Positions 59,407 to 64,000 of a DNA stretch of 64,000 nucleotides are shown here, one piece after another; the first letter of the stretch is position 1; every line of letters begins with the position of its first letter. A program made the translations under genes and the position numbers. The notes beneath the pieces were generated by a model. The model made no database searches, was not told where the DNA came from, and saw only the letters and a program-made list of their open reading frames with translations. The stretch lies in contig JBANFX010000017.1 of NCBI GenBank assembly GCA_037975805.1, forward strand, positions 5,569-69,568, written 5' to 3'. This DNA comes from Bacteroidota bacterium (GTDB lineage Bacteria; Bacteroidota; Bacteroidia; Chitinophagales; Chitinophagaceae).

Positions 59407-60828
59407 ATGCAGCTCCAACTTACTTCAAGGGAAACAGAACTATTAAAAGCAGTGGCCGAAGCTGCTGCCAAAATAGGGGTACCTGCTTTTGCAGTAGGAG
59501 GGTTTGTTCGTGATAAAATTTTAGAACGTCCTACGAAAGATATTGATGTGGTTTGTATTGGTGATGGTATGGCTTTGGCCCAGGCTTTTTCCAAAATGTT
59601 TCATCCCACACCGCCCGTTTCCTTGTTTAAAACTTTTGGTACAGCCCAAGTTAAATTTGATGATATTGAAATTGAATTTGTAGGGGCTAGAAAAGAAAGT
59701 TATGCGCGTCATAGTCGAAAACCCGAAGTGCTTCCAGGCACCATTGAGGATGATCAAAACCGCAGAGATTTTACTGTGAATGCATTGGCCATAGAATTAA
59801 ATGTTGCACATTTTGGACATATCATTGATCCCTTTGGCGGACTAGATGACTTGCAAAATAAAATTTTAAGAACTCCTTTAGCGCCTGCGCAAACATTTGA
59901 CGATGATCCTTTGCGCATGATGCGAGCAATTCGTTTTGCAACACAATTGGATTTTACCATTACCGAGGAAACATTTAAGGGGATTCAACAAATTGCAGAA
60001 CGCATCTGTATTGTGTCTCAAGAGCGCATTACCGATGAACTACAAAAAATAATGATGACCAAGACGCCTTCCAAAGGTTGGTATTTATTAAAAGAAGCTG
60101 GTTTATTACAACATATTTTTCCATTATTATTGCAGTTGGAAGGCGCTGAAACCTTGGATGGTATTGGGCATAAGGATAACTTTTCTCATACCCTTCAGGT
60201 TTTAGACAATGTGGCAAACACCTCCCATGATATTTGGATAAGATGGGCGGCATTATTGCATGATATTGCCAAGCCCAAAACAAAAAAATTCGAACCAGGT
60301 TTTGGATGGACCTTTCATGGGCACGAGGTAGTGGGTGCTAGAATGATCCCTAAAATTTTTACGCAGTTAAAATTGCCTTTGAATGAAAAAATGAAAATGG
60401 TTCAAAAGCTTGTGGCTATGCACTTACGACCCATATCATTAACCAAAGAAAATGTTACGGATAGTGCCATCCGAAGATTGCTATTTGATGCCGGGGACGA
60501 TGTGGAAGCTTTAATGTTATTATGTGCTGCCGATATTACTAGTAAAAATCAAAATAAAGTAAAAAGATATTTACAGGGTTTTGAATTTGTGAAAGTGCGT
60601 TTACAAGAAGTGGAGGAAAAAGATAGTATTCGCAATTGGCAGCCACCTATAACTGGTGAAATGATCATGCAAATTTTTAATATTAGCCCCTCAAAACAAG
60701 TAGGACTTATTAAAGATGCCATAAGAGAAGCTATATTGGATGGGGTAATTCCCAATGAACACGATGCTGCCTACGATTTTATGTTGAAAGAAGCGGCGCA
60801 ACTAGGCTTATTTCCTGTAATAAAATAG
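59407..60828 (+). CDS. cca: CCA tRNA nucleotidyltransferase / poly(A) polymerase family with HD domain
   Basis: VGGFVRD, DIDVV, RRDFTVN, DDPLRMMRAIRF, LLHDIAK and HGHE motifs. Confidence 0.88.
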   Translation: MQLQLTSRETELLKAVAEAAAKIGVPAFAVGGFVRDKILERPTKDIDVVCIGDGMALAQAFSKMFHPTPPVSLFKTFGTAQVKFDDIEIEFVGARKESYARHSRKPEVLPGTIEDDQNRRDFTVNALAIELNVAHFGHIIDPFGGLDDLQNKILRTPLAPAQTFDDDPLRMMRAIRFATQLDFTITEETFKGIQQIAERICIVSQERITDELQKIMMTKTPSKGWYLLKEAGLLQHIFPLLLQLEGAETLDGIGHKDNFSHTLQVLDNVANTSHDIWIRWAALLHDIAKPKTKKFEPGFGWTFHGHEVVGARMIPKIFTQLKLPLNEKMKMVQKLVAMHLRPISLTKENVTDSAIRRLLFDAGDDVEALMLLCAADITSKNQNKVKRYLQGFEFVKVRLQEVEEKDSIRNWQPPITGEMIMQIFNISPSKQVGLIKDAIREAILDGVIPNEHDAAYDFMLKEAAQLGLFPVIK

Positions 60829-60853
60829 TAATTTAGCGTTTCAAATTTAAAGT

Positions 60854-61459
60854 ATGGCCATTTTAAAGTTTAGGGTGTATTGGGAGGACGATGATGCTAT
60901 TTATAGAGATGTTTTAGTGAAGCATACGCAAAATTTTTTATCACTACATGAAATCATATTAAAGGCCTTTGAATTTGATCAAATTCATGCAGCTACATTT
61001 TATAGGAGTAATGATATTTGGAAGCGAGGAAGAGAAATAAGTAAGGAAGTATATGACAAAGAGTATGTAGTGCCGCCATTAATCATGAGCGAAACTGCTA
61101 TTGGTACTGAAATTATTGATACCAATCAACACTTTATATACGTTTATGATTTTTCAAAAGCTTGGACTTTTTTAATTGAGTTAATTCAGGTAATCAAAAA
61201 TGCGGATGCCGATTTAACATTAGAATATCCTATTATTTCAAGAACTGAGGGCGTAGGTCCTATGCAATATGGTTCAAAAGGATTGTTGGGAAAAAACTTT
61301 GCAGACATTGAAGAAAAGTATGATTTATCGGAAGCAAAAGAAGGATTTGGTGAAGAAGGAGAAGAAAATGATGGAGATGATGATAATGAGGACACTGATG
61401 ACAATGACGCTGATGATAATGACTCCGCATTTTTAGATGATTCCTTCGAAGTTTATTAA
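60854..61459 (+). CDS. pRiA4b ORF-3-like family protein with acidic C-terminal tail
   Basis: YRD...LHEIILKAFEFD, FIYVYDF...WTFLIEL and YP motifs, plus a D/E-rich tail. Confidence 0.65.
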   Translation: MAILKFRVYWEDDDAIYRDVLVKHTQNFLSLHEIILKAFEFDQIHAATFYRSNDIWKRGREISKEVYDKEYVVPPLIMSETAIGTEIIDTNQHFIYVYDFSKAWTFLIELIQVIKNADADLTLEYPIISRTEGVGPMQYGSKGLLGKNFADIEEKYDLSEAKEGFGEEGEENDGDDDNEDTDDNDADDNDSAFLDDSFEVY

Positions 61460-61492
61460 TACAAGTGCATACAGCACAAAAAATAAAATATA

Positions 61493-62386
61493 GTGCCGGT
61501 CTTAAAAACAGTATATATTATTGTAGGTCCTACTGCTGTTGGAAAAACAGCCTTTGCGATTTCATTGGCACAAGCATTAAATACAGAAATTATATCTGCT
61601 GATGCAAGGCAATGTTATCAGGAAATGAATATTGGTGTAGCAAGACCAACTATTAATGAATTAAACAGCGTTACACATCATTTTATCGCAAGTCATTCTA
61701 TAAATGACACAGTGAATGCATCGGTATTTGAGGAATATGCATTGAAAAAAGTAACCGAACTATTTAAGACCAAAGATGTAGTTGTTATGGTAGGAGGAAC
61801 CGGCTTATACATTAAAGCATTTTGTGAAGGGCTAGATATGATTCCTTCAATTGATCCTGGAATTAGAGAGGGGATTATTCAACAATACGAAAAGATGGGG
61901 TTAAGGTGGTTGCAAAAAGAGGTTCAGGTAAAGGATCCTCTATATTGGGAAAAAGGAGAGCAACAAAACCCTCAAAGATTAATGCGAGCATTGGAGGTGA
62001 AGTTGGGTACAGGTGAATCTATCTCAGGTTTTCAACAAAAAAATAAAGTCACCCGTCCCTTTACAATCGTAAAAATAGGATTGGAAATGGATAGGGCATT
62101 ATTGTATGAACGAATTAACCAACGTGTTTTAAATATGGTTGAAGAAGGCTTGGAACAGGAAGTAAGATCCTTAGTGCCTAATTTCCATTTGAATGCATTA
62201 CAAACAGTTGGGTACAGTGAATGGCAGCCTTTTTTTGAAGAAAAAATGGGGAAATCTCGCGTTGTAGAAATGATTCAACAAAATACGAGACATTATGCGA
62301 AACGTCAAATGACCTGGTTTAAAAAGGACCCCGAAGTTAAGTGGTACCAAGCATCTAGCATTAGGACCGACCAAATAATTCCGTAG
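61493..62386 (+). CDS. miaA: tRNA dimethylallyltransferase
   Basis: GPTAVGKT, SADARQ, VGGTGLY, RLMRALEV, TVGY and RHYAKRQMTWF motifs; GTG start. Confidence 0.96.
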   Translation: MPVLKTVYIIVGPTAVGKTAFAISLAQALNTEIISADARQCYQEMNIGVARPTINELNSVTHHFIASHSINDTVNASVFEEYALKKVTELFKTKDVVVMVGGTGLYIKAFCEGLDMIPSIDPGIREGIIQQYEKMGLRWLQKEVQVKDPLYWEKGEQQNPQRLMRALEVKLGTGESISGFQQKNKVTRPFTIVKIGLEMDRALLYERINQRVLNMVEEGLEQEVRSLVPNFHLNALQTVGYSEWQPFFEEKMGKSRVVEMIQQNTRHYAKRQMTWFKKDPEVKWYQASSIRTDQIIP

Positions 62387-62469
62387 GTTTACTTGCCTAT
62401 TTCTTCCCATAAATTAATCGAATTTTAGGCAATTAGCATTAGTTTTACAGTCAATTTTAAATCTATTTT

Positions 62470-63798
62470 ATGCACAAAAAAGTTTTGTTGTTTTTTGTAT
62501 GCAGTTTTTCCTTGGTACAGTTGTTTGCGCAAGGAAATTCCATACAGTTTGAAAAATATACTTTACCCAATGGGTTAAAAGTGATATTACATGAGGATCA
62601 TAGTGCGCCCGTTGTAGCGGTTACTGCATTATACCATGTAGGTTCTAAAAATGAGGACACTGCGCGTACGGGCTTTGCGCATTTCTTTGAACATTTATTG
62701 TTTGAAGGTTCAGAAAATATTAAGCGTGGAGAATTTGACAAGTATGTAACCAATGCAGGTGGTGTGTTAAACGCCAATACTTCACAGGATCGTACTTTTT
62801 ATTACGAGTTATTGCCTTCTAATCAGTTGGATTTAGGATTATGGTTAGAAAGTGAAAGAATGATGCATGCCAAAATTGAACAAATAGGTGTGAATACACA
62901 AAGAGAAGTGGTGAAGGAGGAAAAAAGAATGCGTATGGACAATCGTCCTTATGGAAGTTTTTTAACCGAGATGTTAAAGCGTGCTTTTAAGGTACATCCT
63001 TACCGCTGGGCGCCTATTGGAAGCATGGATCATTTAAATGCGGCTAAATTAGAAGAGTTCATTCAGTTTTATAAGACCTACTATGTTCCTAATAACTGTG
63101 TTTTATCTATTGCTGGTGATTTTAATAAAGCAGACCTAAAGAAAAAAATTGAAGCATATTTTGCAGCAATCCCTGCAGGTACTTCTCCAATTGTAAGACC
63201 TTCTATTAATGAACCAGCATTGGGTGGTGAGGTAAGAGACGTTATTGAGGATAACGTGCAATTAGAGGGTGTATTTCAAGCTTACCGCGCACCTAAGCAA
63301 GGGGTAAGTGAATACTATGCATTTAATGTATTGTCAAATATATTATCTGGTGGTGAATCATCTAGAATGAATAAAACCTTAGTGGATACTAAACAGCTTG
63401 CTGTAGCAGCACAATCGGTTCCTTATTTTAATGAAGACGAAGGGGTGTTAATTACACTGGCAATTGCCAACATGGGCGTGAAGGCCGATGTCTTGGAAAA
63501 TAATATGGACAGTGTGGTGAATGATTTAAAAACAAATTTGGTTTCAGAAAGAGAATTTCAAAAAGTAAAAAACCAAATCACTACCGAATTAGTTGCTAGC
63601 AATGGAACGATGGCAGGTATTGCAGAGTCATTAGCAAATTATGAGGTTTACTTTGGAGATGCAAACTTAATTAATACTGAATTGGCTAAGTACAATAAAG
63701 TAACTAGAGAAGATGTTTTAGCAGTAGCTAAAAAGTATTTGAATAAAGACAATAGAGTGGTGTTATATTATGTACCTAAAGCAAAATCAAGTAAATAG
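62470..63798 (+). CDS. M16 family zinc peptidase (catalytic subunit)
   Basis: Signal peptide, YTLPNGL, HVGS, inverted zinc motif HFFEH, NANT and YYVPNN. Confidence 0.92.
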   Translation: MHKKVLLFFVCSFSLVQLFAQGNSIQFEKYTLPNGLKVILHEDHSAPVVAVTALYHVGSKNEDTARTGFAHFFEHLLFEGSENIKRGEFDKYVTNAGGVLNANTSQDRTFYYELLPSNQLDLGLWLESERMMHAKIEQIGVNTQREVVKEEKRMRMDNRPYGSFLTEMLKRAFKVHPYRWAPIGSMDHLNAAKLEEFIQFYKTYYVPNNCVLSIAGDFNKADLKKKIEAYFAAIPAGTSPIVRPSINEPALGGEVRDVIEDNVQLEGVFQAYRAPKQGVSEYYAFNVLSNILSGGESSRMNKTLVDTKQLAVAAQSVPYFNEDEGVLITLAIANMGVKADVLENNMDSVVNDLKTNLVSEREFQKVKNQITTELVASNGTMAGIAESLANYEVYFGDANLINTELAKYNKVTREDVLAVAKKYLNKDNRVVLYYVPKAKSSK

Positions 63799-63822
63799 TA
63801 AAGCACTTAAAAATAAATTATT

Positions 63823-64000
63823 ATGAAAAAATATATCAAAATATTATTCCTATTTGTTCCCATATTTACTATGGCACAGCAAATAGACCGAACAAAAGCA
63901 CCGGCACCAGCAAAAGCTCCAGTGATACAAGTTGCTACACCTGCTAGTTTTGAATTGGCCAACGGATTAAAAGTATTTGTTGTTAAAAATACAAAGTTGC
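63823..64000 (+). CDS. M16 family peptidase partner subunit (3' truncated by window edge)
   Basis: ATG at 63823, signal peptide, IDRTKAPAP, and FELANGLKVFVV; the frame is open to the window end. Confidence 0.8.
   Translation, partial: MKKYIKILFLFVPIFTMAQQIDRTKAPAPAKAPVIQVATPASFELANGLKVFVVKNTKL

Noticed and set aside
60854-61459. Plasmid or IS-associated mobile element
   Set aside because: No transposase, terminal inverted repeats or target duplication; the gene is embedded in a housekeeping run.
1-64000. CRISPR array, rRNA, tRNA or REP-type repeat family
   Set aside because: I saw no regularly spaced repeats or tRNA/rRNA signatures. The intergenic hairpins differ in sequence and behave as ordinary terminators. 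This was a visual scan only; tRNAscan-SE or Infernal would be decisive.

Overview
A 64-kb, AT-rich, gene-dense bacterial chromosome segment of about 59 CDSs with very short intergenic spacers. Gene families and the recurring TAnnTTTG-type '-7' promoter element point to a Bacteroidota genome, probably Chitinophagaceae-like (inference). Most of the window is housekeeping: htpG (partial), recJ, ispB, thyA-folA, rsmF, fmt, slyD, pepT, exbBD, prmC, hbd, mrp, cmk, ispH, an ABC-F gene, gcvP, folK, sppA, queG, clpB, a purine nucleoside phosphorylase, dapD, tsaC, cca, miaA and an M16 peptidase pair. I found no rRNA, tRNA, CRISPR array, integrase or transposase. The most interesting items are: (1) a heavy-metal efflux locus (HMA protein, CzcA-TolC fusion, CzcB) headed by a leaderless, His-rich 128-aa ORF ending in ...IFQPPRFS, with hairpins over and after its stop, which resembles a metal-responsive ribosome-stalling leader gene; (2) a translationally coupled M42 peptidase / glutamine-amidotransferase-like / ATP-grasp ligase operon; (3) a + strand-specific terminator hairpin with no + strand gene, at the edge of a ~12% GC island next to a membrane-spanning kelch/wHTH regulator; (4) an EamA gene whose only plausible start is ATA, overlapping the dapD stop; (5) an orphan phage-repressor-like HTH gene with an upstream direct repeat; (6) widespread leaderless promoter-start architecture; (7) an atypical sigma54-like promoter with an inverted repeat upstream of clpB. 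All family calls come from motif recognition only; no database search was run.
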